A stretch of DNA of 64,000 bases. Origin: a virus. Its lineage: Duplodnaviria; Caudoviricetes. The notes beneath the pieces were generated by a model that searched no databases, had not been told where the DNA came from, and saw only the letters and a program-made list of their open reading frames with translations. Below are positions 28,362-39,800 of the stretch, one piece after another. Location of the stretch: the IMG/VR virus record IMGVR_UViG_3300046819_000361. One strand, 5' to 3'. The position numbers were made by a program, and so were the translations under genes. How positions within the stretch are numbered: the stretch's first letter is position 1; the number at the start of each line of letters is the position of its first letter.

Positions 28362-29785
28362 TGGCAGAAGATCAAAATTCAGGTGTACAAGGCGGATCCG
28401 TGCCATCGCATCCGTGTCTTGCAAAGGTTGTTAGCCATTTAGACACCACATATATGGGTGCCCTTCAAGTAATGTTGTTACGCCCAGGCGCTGGTAATGA
28501 CACAACCAGTTCTCAAGTACAGCAGGTTCAATACATGAGCCCATTTTGGGGAAATACATCAATTGACTCAGTTGGCAGTCAAAATGATTACAACAATACG
28601 CAAAAAAGTTATGGTATGTGGATGGTCCCCCCGGATGTGGGATCCACTGTTATAGTTATATTCATAAATGGTGATGCGGCAAGAGGATATTGGATAGGAT
28701 GTGTTCCAGATGAGAACATGAATTTCATGGTACCTGGAATAGCCGCCACCGAAAATTCTGTGACTAGTGGAACAGCAGATGCAGCTGGGCGTACAGGAAG
28801 ATTGCCAGTTGCTGAATATAATAAATTGGAAAATAACCAAAATGGTGATGCTACTAGATTTAAAAAACCAGTACATCCAATTGCAGCAGCTTTGGAAGCA
28901 CAAGGATTGCTATTAGATGATACCAGAGGAATAACCACCAGCAGTGCACGGCGTGAAACACCGAGTATGGTATTTGGTATAAGCACACCAGGTCCATTTG
29001 ATAAACGTCAAGGAGCGCAAGTTGGTCATCTAGGAAAATCTGATTGTGGTGTTAATAATGGACCCGTAAGTCATTTAGGCGGCACAACATTTGTGTTAGA
29101 TGATGGGGATGATAAATTTTTGAGAAAAACATCAGCGAGTATTGGTCCACCAGAATATGTATCTGTTGAAAAGGGTGATACTGGTGGTGATGTGACGATT
29201 CCTCATAATGAATTATTCAGAATTAGAACCAGAACTGGGCATCAAATATTATTGCATAATTCTGAAGATTTAATTTATATAGGGAATAGTAAAGGTACAA
29301 CGTGGATCGAATTGACCAGTAATGGTAAAATTGATATATTTGCAGAAGATAGTATTAGTATTCATACAAAGCAAGATTTTAATTTAACTGCTGATAGAGA
29401 TATCAATTTCAATGCTAAAAATATAAATTTAACGGCATCTGAAAATTTCAAAGTTACTGCTAGTAAAAATTTTGAAGTAGTGGCTGGTGTTGATGGATTG
29501 ATTACATTGGGTGGTAGTCAACATATAAAATCTGGTGGAAATTGTTTGATAACAGGCGCGGAAATTCATTTAAATGGTCCAGCTGCAACAGCTGCAACGG
29601 TAGCACCTGTGCCTACTAGAATCCCCGATCATGAGCCTTGGATCGGACATGAAAATCTCGATCCAGCTATGTTTACCCCAGATAAAACGGTAGCAGTTGA
29701 GCCATCTCAATTAACAGAACCAACTCCACCGACTATGTATAAACAGTATACTGCTACTATGGATACATTTAATAAAGGATCATAA
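28361..29785 (+). CDS. gp5: Baseplate central spike (OB-fold plus beta-helix), no lysozyme domain
   Basis: SYGMWMVPPDVG, RIRTRTGHQILLH, beta-helix repeats, EIHLNGP, RIPDHEPWIGHE. Confidence 0.85.
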   Translation: MAEDQNSGVQGGSVPSHPCLAKVVSHLDTTYMGALQVMLLRPGAGNDTTSSQVQQVQYMSPFWGNTSIDSVGSQNDYNNTQKSYGMWMVPPDVGSTVIVIFINGDAARGYWIGCVPDENMNFMVPGIAATENSVTSGTADAAGRTGRLPVAEYNKLENNQNGDATRFKKPVHPIAAALEAQGLLLDDTRGITTSSARRETPSMVFGISTPGPFDKRQGAQVGHLGKSDCGVNNGPVSHLGGTTFVLDDGDDKFLRKTSASIGPPEYVSVEKGDTGGDVTIPHNELFRIRTRTGHQILLHNSEDLIYIGNSKGTTWIELTSNGKIDIFAEDSISIHTKQDFNLTADRDINFNAKNINLTASENFKVTASKNFEVVAGVDGLITLGGSQHIKSGGNCLITGAEIHLNGPAATAATVAPVPTRIPDHEPWIGHENLDPAMFTPDKTVAVEPSQLTEPTPPTMYKQYTATMDTFNKGS

Positions 29786-29786
29786 A

Positions 29787-30218
29787 ATGAGTAATTCATT
29801 ATATACTAAACTTACTATACCGTCAAATAATCAACAAATTACATCACAGATGTATAGAGGATTTAGTACGGTGAGTCCAGACACTGAAAATTTTAAATTG
29901 TTTGATTTAGCATTAGTTAAACAAGACTTGTTAAATCATTTTTACACTCGTCAAGGTGAACGATTGATGAATCCAAAATTTGGAACAGTAATATGGGATT
30001 TAATTTTTGAGCCGTTGACTGATGATACCAAGAATCTCATAATCCAAAATGTTAATGAAATTATAAATTATGATCCACGAATAGTTGCAAATGATGTAGT
30101 AATCACACAATATGAAAGTGGTATACAAATAGAATGTGTCTTGACATATTTGCCATATAATATATCGGAAAAACTTAAATTACAATTTGATCAGACTAAC
30201 GGGCTTTTTGTTCAATAA
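29787..30218 (+). CDS. gp25: Baseplate wedge subunit
   Basis: YRGFST, LLNHFYTRQGERLMNPKFGT.IWDLIFEP, YDPRI. Confidence 0.92.
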   Translation: MSNSLYTKLTIPSNNQQITSQMYRGFSTVSPDTENFKLFDLALVKQDLLNHFYTRQGERLMNPKFGTVIWDLIFEPLTDDTKNLIIQNVNEIINYDPRIVANDVVITQYESGIQIECVLTYLPYNISEKLKLQFDQTNGLFVQ

Positions 30219-30265
30219 AGTGCGTAGATTATCCTAATGAATAAATACAGCTATTAGGATTAATT

Positions 30266-33200
30266 ATGAGTGCAACCGATAGAGAAAATAGACTTCTAGT
30301 AGCTGAAGATTGGACAAAAATATATCAGTCATTTCGTAGTGCTGACTTTCAAAGTTATGATTTTGAAAATATCAGACGAACAATGATTAACTATTTACGT
30401 CAAAATTACCCGGAAGATTTTAATGATTATATTGAAAGTTCTGAGTATTTGGCATTGATAGATCTTATAGCATTTTTTGGGCAAAATATTGCATTCCGAG
30501 TTGATTTGAATGCTCGTGAAAACTTTTTAGAATTGGCAGAACGTAGAGATAGCGTACTACGATTAGCTAGAATGATTAGCTATAATGCAAAAAGAAATAT
30601 TGCCGCAAAGGGGTTATTAAAATTTTCAACAGTTCAAACTACTGAGCGTGTTATTGATAGTAACGGTAGAAATCTATCAAACCAAGTCATTACATGGAAT
30701 GATACAAGTAATCCTAATTGGTATGACCAGTTCATAAAAATCATGAATGCAGCAATGCCAGATGCACAACAATTCGGTAATCCATCTGACAGCGCAACAA
30801 TTTATGGTATTGCTACTGAACAATATAGATTCCAAGCGGCTAATACTGATGTTCCAGTTTATTCATTCTCCAAAGTTATCTCTGGTAGATCAATGAATTT
30901 TGAGATTACCAGTACTACTTTTTCTGGACAAACCTATATCTATGAAGAATCCCCCAAAGTAGGTAATAGATTAGCATGTGTATATCGGGACGATGGCCAA
31001 GGTGCAGGAAGTGCTAATTCTGGTTTTTTCTTGAATTTTACACAAGGTTCTTTGAATACAGGTACTTTTAATATTTCACAACCGAGTACAAACGAAGTTA
31101 TTAATATTGATACCCAAGGGATCAATAATTCAGATGTGTGGTTATATTCATTAGATTTGTCTGGCGTTGAAAAAAGTGCATGGGTACAAGTTCCAAGTTT
31201 AACCGGTAATAATATCATATACAATAGTTTGAGTAAAAATATTAAAAATATTTATGGTGTGACTACACGGGCAAGTGATGCAATTAGTTTAAATTTTAGT
31301 GATGGCACATTTGGCAATCTTCCACAAGGCCCATTTAGAGTATATTATAGAATTAGTAATGGATTATCGTATGTAATTAATACGCAAGATATAAAAAATG
31401 TTACGATTTCAATACCATATATTTCGTCAACTAATCAGTTTGAAACATTAACTGTGTCATTAAATTTGACAACCTCGGTAATGAGTTCATCACCCTCTGA
31501 GACTAATGAAAGCATTAAAACAAATGCTCCTCAAAATTATTATACTCAGAATAGAATGATTACTGGCGAAGATTACAATATTAATCCATTAACAGCGAAT
31601 CATCAGATATTAAAAGTTAAATCAATTAATCGTACTTCAAGTGGTATTAGTCGATATTTTGATGTTGTTGATCCAACTAGCAAGTATAGTTCTACTAGAT
31701 TATTTTCTGATGATGGTATCATTTATTCAGAGTACTATTCTAATTCGGTAAATTTCTCATATAAAACAAGAATCGATATTCAAAATGCAATTTACAATGT
31801 AATATTACCGATATTGAAAGATGACGGATTAAAAAATTATTATTATTCTAATTTTGTTAGTGGGGTATTAAATTCTGGAAAAACAATTACTTGGACTCAA
31901 AATTCTTCTGATATACAATCAAGTGTTGGTGTTTTTTCCGAATCAGTTGCATCGTTGAATATAACAACAGGCGCTAAAATAAAATTTGTCGCTCCTGTTG
32001 GATCATATTTTGATACAAATCAATCAAACAAATTAGTATCAGGATTTGCGATAACTCCTGGTTCTTCTTATTATTTGTGGGCAGATGTATCTAGTATTTC
32101 TGGTAATAATTATTCATTAAATACTATATTACCATCTACTGCTATAATTGATTCGGTAGTTCCAGAATGGTCAACTATTATAACAAGCACTGATGTATTG
32201 ACAGAAATGGTTGAATTAATATTATTAAACCAACCATTTGGTTTGCGATATGATGTCACCACTCAATCGTGGAAAGTTGTATTAAAATCTAATTTAGACG
32301 TTATTAATCCGTTTAGTTTATATTCACAGGGCGATATCACCAACACAAATTCTGATGCTAGTTGGTTAATATTATTAACAACTAACAATAATGTTTATAC
32401 CGTTACTAGCCGTGAAATGCGATATGTATTCGAGAGTGATAAACAATTACGATTCTTTTATGATGGGTCATCAACAATTTATGATAGCCAAACATCTAAT
32501 GTGATTAATGATCTTGTTACAGTTTTGAGTTATAATACTAATCCAGTCGTAGTATCAACCTACGCATATGCTGCGTCAAATAGCAATACGATAGTAGTTA
32601 ATAATGCTACTGGTATCACAATTGGTATGATTGTATCTGGGATTGGGATTGCTGATAATACAATTGTAATTGATGTTTCTACGTTAAATGGTGTTAATAC
32701 AGTAACATTAAATAAAGTAACAATTGCAATTGTGAGTGAAACCGTTAATTTTAATAATATAGGATCATCGACATATAACAATGATTTGACATTTAAAATT
32801 ATTGGATCATATGTTGGTGAAGATGGATATGTAGATACAAAAAAAGTATTAGTATCATTCTCCGATAAAATGGGACCAGATTTATTTAAACAGGTTGTTA
32901 ATCCAATTCAGACTGATGCTAGTAAGTATATAGTGCAGTCTCGATACTCGATATCGTCTGGACAAGAGGATTACAAATACATAAGTAATTCTAATGAAAT
33001 AGTTAAAATCCTACCAACACAGCCTGCGTCTTTTACTGGATATACGGATAAACAGTATTTTTACTTTATTGATACAGCAGTTGTAAAACAATATGATAAA
33101 ACCACTGCTAAACTTACACCTAGTTTGGATTATAAAGTATATGTTGGAAGATCAGATATTAAATATCAATATACACATGCAGCGAAATACGAATCTAGGA

Positions 33201-33838
33201 TTGATCCTGGTGTCAGTAATATCATGGATGTTTATATATTAACTACTGATTATGATATATCATTTAGACAATGGTTAAGCGGTGTAACTAGTACGAAACC
33301 ATTACCGCCTAGTTCAGATGAACTACATACCACATTAGCTCCTTCATTAGATTTGATAAAATCCGTGTCGGATGAAATCATTTACCATCCAGTGTCGTAT
33401 ACTATTCTTTTTGGGTCATCAGCCCCATCTGAATTGCAAGCAACATTTAAAGTTGTGAAAAATCCTGCACAGGTAATTTCTGATAACGATGTTAAAACAC
33501 AGGTTATTTCTGCTATTAATAGATTTTTCGCAGTTCAAAATTGGGAGTTTGGTGATACATTTTATTTTACTGAGTTATCTGCTTATGTAATCAATCAGCT
33601 GGCTCCAAACATAGTCAATTTTGTAATTGTGCCTAATCAAGCTAATATGAATTTTGGTAGTTTATTTGAAATCACATCCAATAGTGATCGCTTATTCATA
33701 AGTTCGGCCACTGTTGATAATATAGAAATTATTTCAGGAATAACTACCAGTAATGTTAAAGCAATTAATAATTCTAGCACAATTAGCAGTAATAGTGTAC
33801 AACAAACAATAACAAGCGCACCATATGGGAGTTTATAA
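30266..33838 (+). CDS. gp6: Baseplate wedge subunit
   Basis: DFENIR..MINYLR, ENFLELAERRDSVLRLARMISYN, FSDGTFG, APQNYYTQNRMITGEDY; late promoter at 30242-30247. Confidence 0.9.
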   Translation: MSATDRENRLLVAEDWTKIYQSFRSADFQSYDFENIRRTMINYLRQNYPEDFNDYIESSEYLALIDLIAFFGQNIAFRVDLNARENFLELAERRDSVLRLARMISYNAKRNIAAKGLLKFSTVQTTERVIDSNGRNLSNQVITWNDTSNPNWYDQFIKIMNAAMPDAQQFGNPSDSATIYGIATEQYRFQAANTDVPVYSFSKVISGRSMNFEITSTTFSGQTYIYEESPKVGNRLACVYRDDGQGAGSANSGFFLNFTQGSLNTGTFNISQPSTNEVINIDTQGINNSDVWLYSLDLSGVEKSAWVQVPSLTGNNIIYNSLSKNIKNIYGVTTRASDAISLNFSDGTFGNLPQGPFRVYYRISNGLSYVINTQDIKNVTISIPYISSTNQFETLTVSLNLTTSVMSSSPSETNESIKTNAPQNYYTQNRMITGEDYNINPLTANHQILKVKSINRTSSGISRYFDVVDPTSKYSSTRLFSDDGIIYSEYYSNSVNFSYKTRIDIQNAIYNVILPILKDDGLKNYYYSNFVSGVLNSGKTITWTQNSSDIQSSVGVFSESVASLNITTGAKIKFVAPVGSYFDTNQSNKLVSGFAITPGSSYYLWADVSSISGNNYSLNTILPSTAIIDSVVPEWSTIITSTDVLTEMVELILLNQPFGLRYDVTTQSWKVVLKSNLDVINPFSLYSQGDITNTNSDASWLILLTTNNNVYTVTSREMRYVFESDKQLRFFYDGSSTIYDSQTSNVINDLVTVLSYNTNPVVVSTYAYAASNSNTIVVNNATGITIGMIVSGIGIADNTIVIDVSTLNGVNTVTLNKVTIAIVSETVNFNNIGSSTYNNDLTFKIIGSYVGEDGYVDTKKVLVSFSDKMGPDLFKQVVNPIQTDASKYIVQSRYSISSGQEDYKYISNSNEIVKILPTQPASFTGYTDKQYFYFIDTAVVKQYDKTTAKLTPSLDYKVYVGRSDIKYQYTHAAKYESRIDPGVSNIMDVYILTTDYDISFRQWLSGVTSTKPLPPSSDELHTTLAPSLDLIKSVSDEIIYHPVSYTILFGSSAPSELQATFKVVKNPAQVISDNDVKTQVISAINRFFAVQNWEFGDTFYFTELSAYVINQLAPNIVNFVIVPNQANMNFGSLFEITSNSDRLFISSATVDNIEIISGITTSNVKAINNSSTISSNSVQQTITSAPYGSL

Positions 33839-36800
33839 TGGCCAATAGTGTCAACTCAAAATCAACTAATATTTCAGCATCATTGTTACCAGGAATTTAC
33901 AGAACTGATACAAATAAAAAGTTTTTACAGGCAACTGTTGAGCAATTAACACAGCGTGGAACGGTATCTAAAATCAATGGATATATTGGACGCCAAAATG
34001 CTAAAGCAACAAATGGCAATGATGTTTTTATCGAGGCAGCTGATCCTACTAGACAGAATTATCAATTAGAACCGAGTATGGTTATCAATGATCAGCAAGG
34101 TAATAACATCTTTTTTAAAGATTACCAAGATTATATTAACCAATTATCCGTATTTGGGAGCAATGTTTCTAATCATTCAAGATTGAATAAATCTGAGATT
34201 TATAGTTGGGATCCACAAATTGATTGGGATAAATTTGTAAATTTCCAGCAATATCATTGGTTGCCAGAAGGACCATCGGTTATCACAATTGATGATGCTG
34301 TTGAAAATATTATTGGACAGCAATCATACAACATTACATCTTCAGTTTTATTGAGTAATGGTATGCTTATTCGTTTATCTGATAATATTGAATATTATGT
34401 TGAAGGTGTTGGTACATCTATTAAATTGATAGAATTTTCTGTATTTTCTGAATATTCATCATCTGAACATGACTATGTGGTCATCAATCGTGCTAGTGTA
34501 GAACAGAGTCCATGGGTACTTGGCAATAATTGGGTTCATGCGGATGTTATAAAAACGAGCCTTCAATTAAACGGGTTAATACCAGATATTGATAATTCTA
34601 CTAGAGCTAAACGGCCTATTATAGAATTTAATGCAAATCTAGGCTTGTATAATTATGGATACAATAGAATAGATAACGTTGATTTTTATGATACGTTAAC
34701 AACTGATGCATTTTCGACAGTCGAAGGATCAACTGGTTATTATATTGATAAAGTCGGATTAAAACCAGGTGATCGAGTTATATTTTCAGTAGATACTGAT
34801 GCAACTGTGAGAAATAATGTGTATGAGATCAAATTAGTGAAATCAAAAATTCATTTGAGATTGGTTCATACTGCTACAATGCATGATGTGGTTAAAATTA
34901 AAAATGGAATAGAGAATAGTATATCGACAATTGTTAATAAACAATTATGGTTTGATGGCATGTCTTGGCAAATTGCACAAAAGAAAACATCATTACATCA
35001 GTCACCATTATTTGATGTGTTTGATGAAAATGGTAATAGTTTTGGTGATAATAGTGTTTATCTAGGAACAACATTTGTTGGTAATAAAATATTTTCATAT
35101 GCAGCGGGAACCAATGGATCAGTAGATCCAGTATTAGGATTCATACTTACCTATAAACCAATTAATAATATTGGTGATATAATATTTAATTTCAATTTTG
35201 CAACAGATACATTTAAATATTCTGAATCATCAGCTGTTAAAACTTACTCAGTATCATCTGGATTTTTGAAAAAAATAGCAAATGATGGTTCAGCCACATA
35301 TAGCAGTGGTTGGAAAAAATGTGAGTTATCAAATACACAAGCTGCTGTAAGAATTTATAAAAATTTAAATATTGTTAATGATTTTAATTTAGATATTTAC
35401 GATGATATTAACCAATTAACTGATTTAGAAATTCGTATATATGTTAATGGTGTTAGGCTTAATAAAACAAATGGTACTATTAATAACTGGTCCATCATTG
35501 ATGGTCCTTTATATAAAAAAATAAGATTTAACACAGATTTATTATTAACCGATATTTTAACAGTTAGATCGTTTTCTAAACAACCGATAAACACAAATGG
35601 ATATTATGAGTTACCATTGAATTTACAAAATAATCCACAAAATCAATCAATTGGAAGTATGGCATTGAGTGAAGTTCTTGATCACGTTGATTCAATTGTT
35701 GATAATTTAGGCACACAATTTGTTGGAGAAATTCCTGGATATAATAACTTAAGAGATTTGCCTAATATATCATCATATGGTACAAAATTTGTAAAACATG
35801 GATGCCCCTTTGAATTATCATTATTTCATATTACCTCATCTTCTACCAATGTAATTCGGGCGTTAGAGAAAGCTAGAGAAGATTACAATAAATTTAAAAG
35901 AACTTTTATTAGTGTTGCAGAAACATTAGGTATTGATACGGATGTAAAAACACATGTTGATATGATTTTGACCCATATCAACAAAAATACACCAGTCACT
36001 TCTCCATATTATTTTAGTGATATGGTGCCATATGGACCTTCGATTAAAACTGAGTTTGAAGTAATTGATTACAGAATAACTCAATATCCAATGACCACTA
36101 TATTTACATTGAATGAGTTATCGAATAAAGCAGTAGGAGTTTATGTTAATAATGCTCAATTGATTTATGGAAGTGACTACATTTTTAATTCACAAGGATT
36201 TGTTGATATAAAATCATCGTTGAATACTGGGGATGTTGTAACTATCTATGAGTATGAAAATACGGATGGATGTTTTATACCGGAAACATTGACAAAACTT
36301 GGTATTTGGCCAAAATATGTACCTTCAATATACGAAGATACAACATTGATCAATCCGGTTAATATGATTCAAGGGCATGATGGTAGTATGGTATTAGCAT
36401 ACGATGATTATAGAGATGCATTATTACTAGAATTAGAAACTAGAATATACAATAATATCAAGATTGAATATGACCCAACCATATTTGATATTAATGATAT
36501 TATACCACGATATGGAGTTGAAAATGATTATAGCTTGGCTGAATTCAATAGTATATTAGAATCGAGTTTTTATAAATGGACATCTTTGATTGATGTTGAT
36601 TTTACAAAAGTTATTGGATATGATTCTACTAATCCATATACATTCAATTATTATGGGTATAGTACACCAGATAATAAAAGTGTACCTGGATATTGGAGAG
36701 GAATTTATAAATGGTTATATGGAACAGATAGACCGAATATTTGTCCATGGGAAATGTTAGGATTAACTATAAAACCTGAATGGTGGGAAAATACATATGG

Positions 36801-39800
36801 TGTAGCGCCTTACACCAGTGACAACCTTGTTATGTGGGATGATATCGGTAATGGATTATTAAAAACACCTGGGTCAGAAAAAGTTATATCAAAATATATA
36901 CGTACATATTTGACTAATCATTTGCCAGTAGACAATATAGGTGAATTGGTAAATCCATTGGCGACTGGGTTATTATCAGGTATTGTATCTAATGACACTA
37001 AAAATAATTTCGTATTTGGTGATGTTAGTCCAGTTGAATCAGCATGGAGAAGAAGTTCTTACTTCCCATTTAGTGTATTAATAACCTCTATATTGTTAAC
37101 TCCTACTAACACTATTGGTGTAACATTAGATAGATCCAGAATTCTCAGAAATGTAGTTGGGGAGTTGATTTATAAAGATACTAAACATGCAACATCTTCT
37201 AAAGATATTATACTACCAAGTGTTTATAGTAGCGAAACAACCGTGAGAACATCCGGTATTATAAATTATATTGTTAACTATATTGTAAGCTCTGATTTAA
37301 CCACATATGATCAGTATATATATGATTTGTCAAATATTGGATTTGTGTTGAGTTATCGTGTTGGTGCATTCACTAGCAAAGAGAAGTTTAAATTATTATT
37401 GGATTCAAGCTCACCATTAATTACTGGTAGTGTATTTGTACCACAAGAAGATTACTCAATTATTTTAAATAGTTCATCCCCTACAAAAAAAATAACATAT
37501 AGTGGTGTAATAATTACAAATTCTATTAATGGGTATTCTGTAAAAGGTTATAGTAATACCCAACCATACTTTACTTATTATCCGTGGATTTCGTCCGGAT
37601 CAGTTGTTAATGTTGGTGGTATTTCTGAAAGCTATGTAATATGGACAGAAAACCAACAATATACAATTGGACAGGTCATTAAAGTTGGTAATTCTTATTA
37701 TAGAGTAGTCACTGGGTTTAGATCCACCTCCATATTTGATAATTCAAACTTACAATTATTATCAGGATTACCAATCGTTGGTGGTCGAGATGCATTCTTT
37801 AGAAAAGCGTGGGATAGAGATAATCCAATAACTATTCCATATAATACATCTTTTGATACAGAACAACAAGTGGTTGATTTTATATTAGGGTATGGAGAAT
37901 GGTTGTCTGATCAAGGATTTGTATTTGATGAATTCAATAACGAATTAAATCAGGTGGTAAACTGGCGAACTAGTGCAAAAGAATTTTTATTTTGGACAAC
38001 ACAAAATTGGTCAACTGGAAAAGATTTATGGACTGAATGGGTCCCAAATACATCATATCCGATAAATTCTATAGTCCAATATTTTGGAAATTATTATAGT
38101 GCTATTCAGAATATTCCATCATCTCCGACATTTGATTATGATTTATATGAACCGATGTATGGATTGAGCAGTGTTGGTAGTTCCGTTATATCATTGAGTC
38201 CAGCTGCGGATAAAATTACATTTTCAACTAATATTAATGTTGTTGATGATATTGCCAACCAATTTAATGATTATGAAATATTCAGAGTTGACGGGCAGCC
38301 GATCTCACCAACTGAATTGAGTTCATCACGAGATAATAATTTAGTGAGTTACTCTCCACGTAATGATAATGGAATATATAGTGCTAGTTTTTATCTAGTG
38401 CAAAAAGAACATGTAGTATTATTGAATAACACAACATTATTTAAAGATTTAATTTACGATCCAATTAGTGGTTATAAGCAAAACAGAATAAAAATATCAG
38501 CACATGTAAGTACAAATTGGTATGGTGGATTAGATCTTCCAGGTTTCATTTTTGATGAAGCGACTATATTAACCTGGGAGCCATGGAAAAGCTATGCATT
38601 AGGTGACATTGTTCAGTATCAATCGTTATACTATAGTGCAGATTCATTTATTACTGGATCTGAATTATTTAATACAGCTGAATGGAATATATTATCAGCA
38701 AAACCTGCAACAAAAATTCTACCAAACTGGACAAATGTTGCGACACAATTTGTTGAATTTTACAGCATGGATATAGAGAGTTTTAATAATTCTCAACAAA
38801 ATTTAGCACAACATTTAATTGGGTATCAAAAACGACAATATTTAGAAAATATTATTAAAGATGATATTAGTGAATTTAAATTTTATCAAGGGATGATTAT
38901 TGATAAAGGTACACAAAATGTGTTCAATAAATTATTTGATGCAACTGCTGGTAGTTTGAAATTTTACGAAGAATGGGCTATTAGAGAAGGGCAATATGGC
39001 TCTAGTTCTGCATTTGATGAAATCGAATTTACATTGAATCAATCTGATATTATTAATAATCCACAATGGTACAATTTGACTAATAAAAAAGATCCATTAT
39101 TAAGTGACTATGTACATCAAATAACTCCAGATGAGGTCTACCTGAGACCAATTGGGTATGATTCAAATCCATGGGTAACAGTTACTGGAAATAACAGAGT
39201 ATTAAGAACACCTGGGTTTGTTCGAGAAACTGACGTCTTGGCAACTGTTTCTGATCTATCTGGATTATTATCCCACAATATTGAATTGTTTGATGAGGGA
39301 TCTTATGTATGGTGCACTTTTGAAAATACATCATGGAATGTGTATAGATTTACTAATACCAATCTATCAGTAATTGATGCTATGACTGACAATGCTGCTG
39401 AATATTTAACCATTATATGTTCAACACCAATCACAGAATTTGTTATTGGCGATTATATTGGTATTAAAGGGATAGATAAATTTTCAAAATTTTTTAAAGT
39501 AATATCTGTTTCTGATGATACATTGGTTGTTGCGGCATCGGGGGTGAAAATAATTCAGCCATTTGAACAGCAGTCAACCGCTATTATTTATAAATTCGTA
39601 TCGCACAGAATTTCTTCAATAAACAATGCACCATCAATATTACCGACAGTGCTTAAGCCAAATGAATTAATTTGGTCAGATGATGATGGGAATGGCAAAT
39701 GGGCATCATGGCAACATTCTGCTATTTATTCAGGTACTATGATATCAAATCCTTATAAAGATACTAAATCAAATTTTGGTAGAGCGATTGCGTATAGTAA

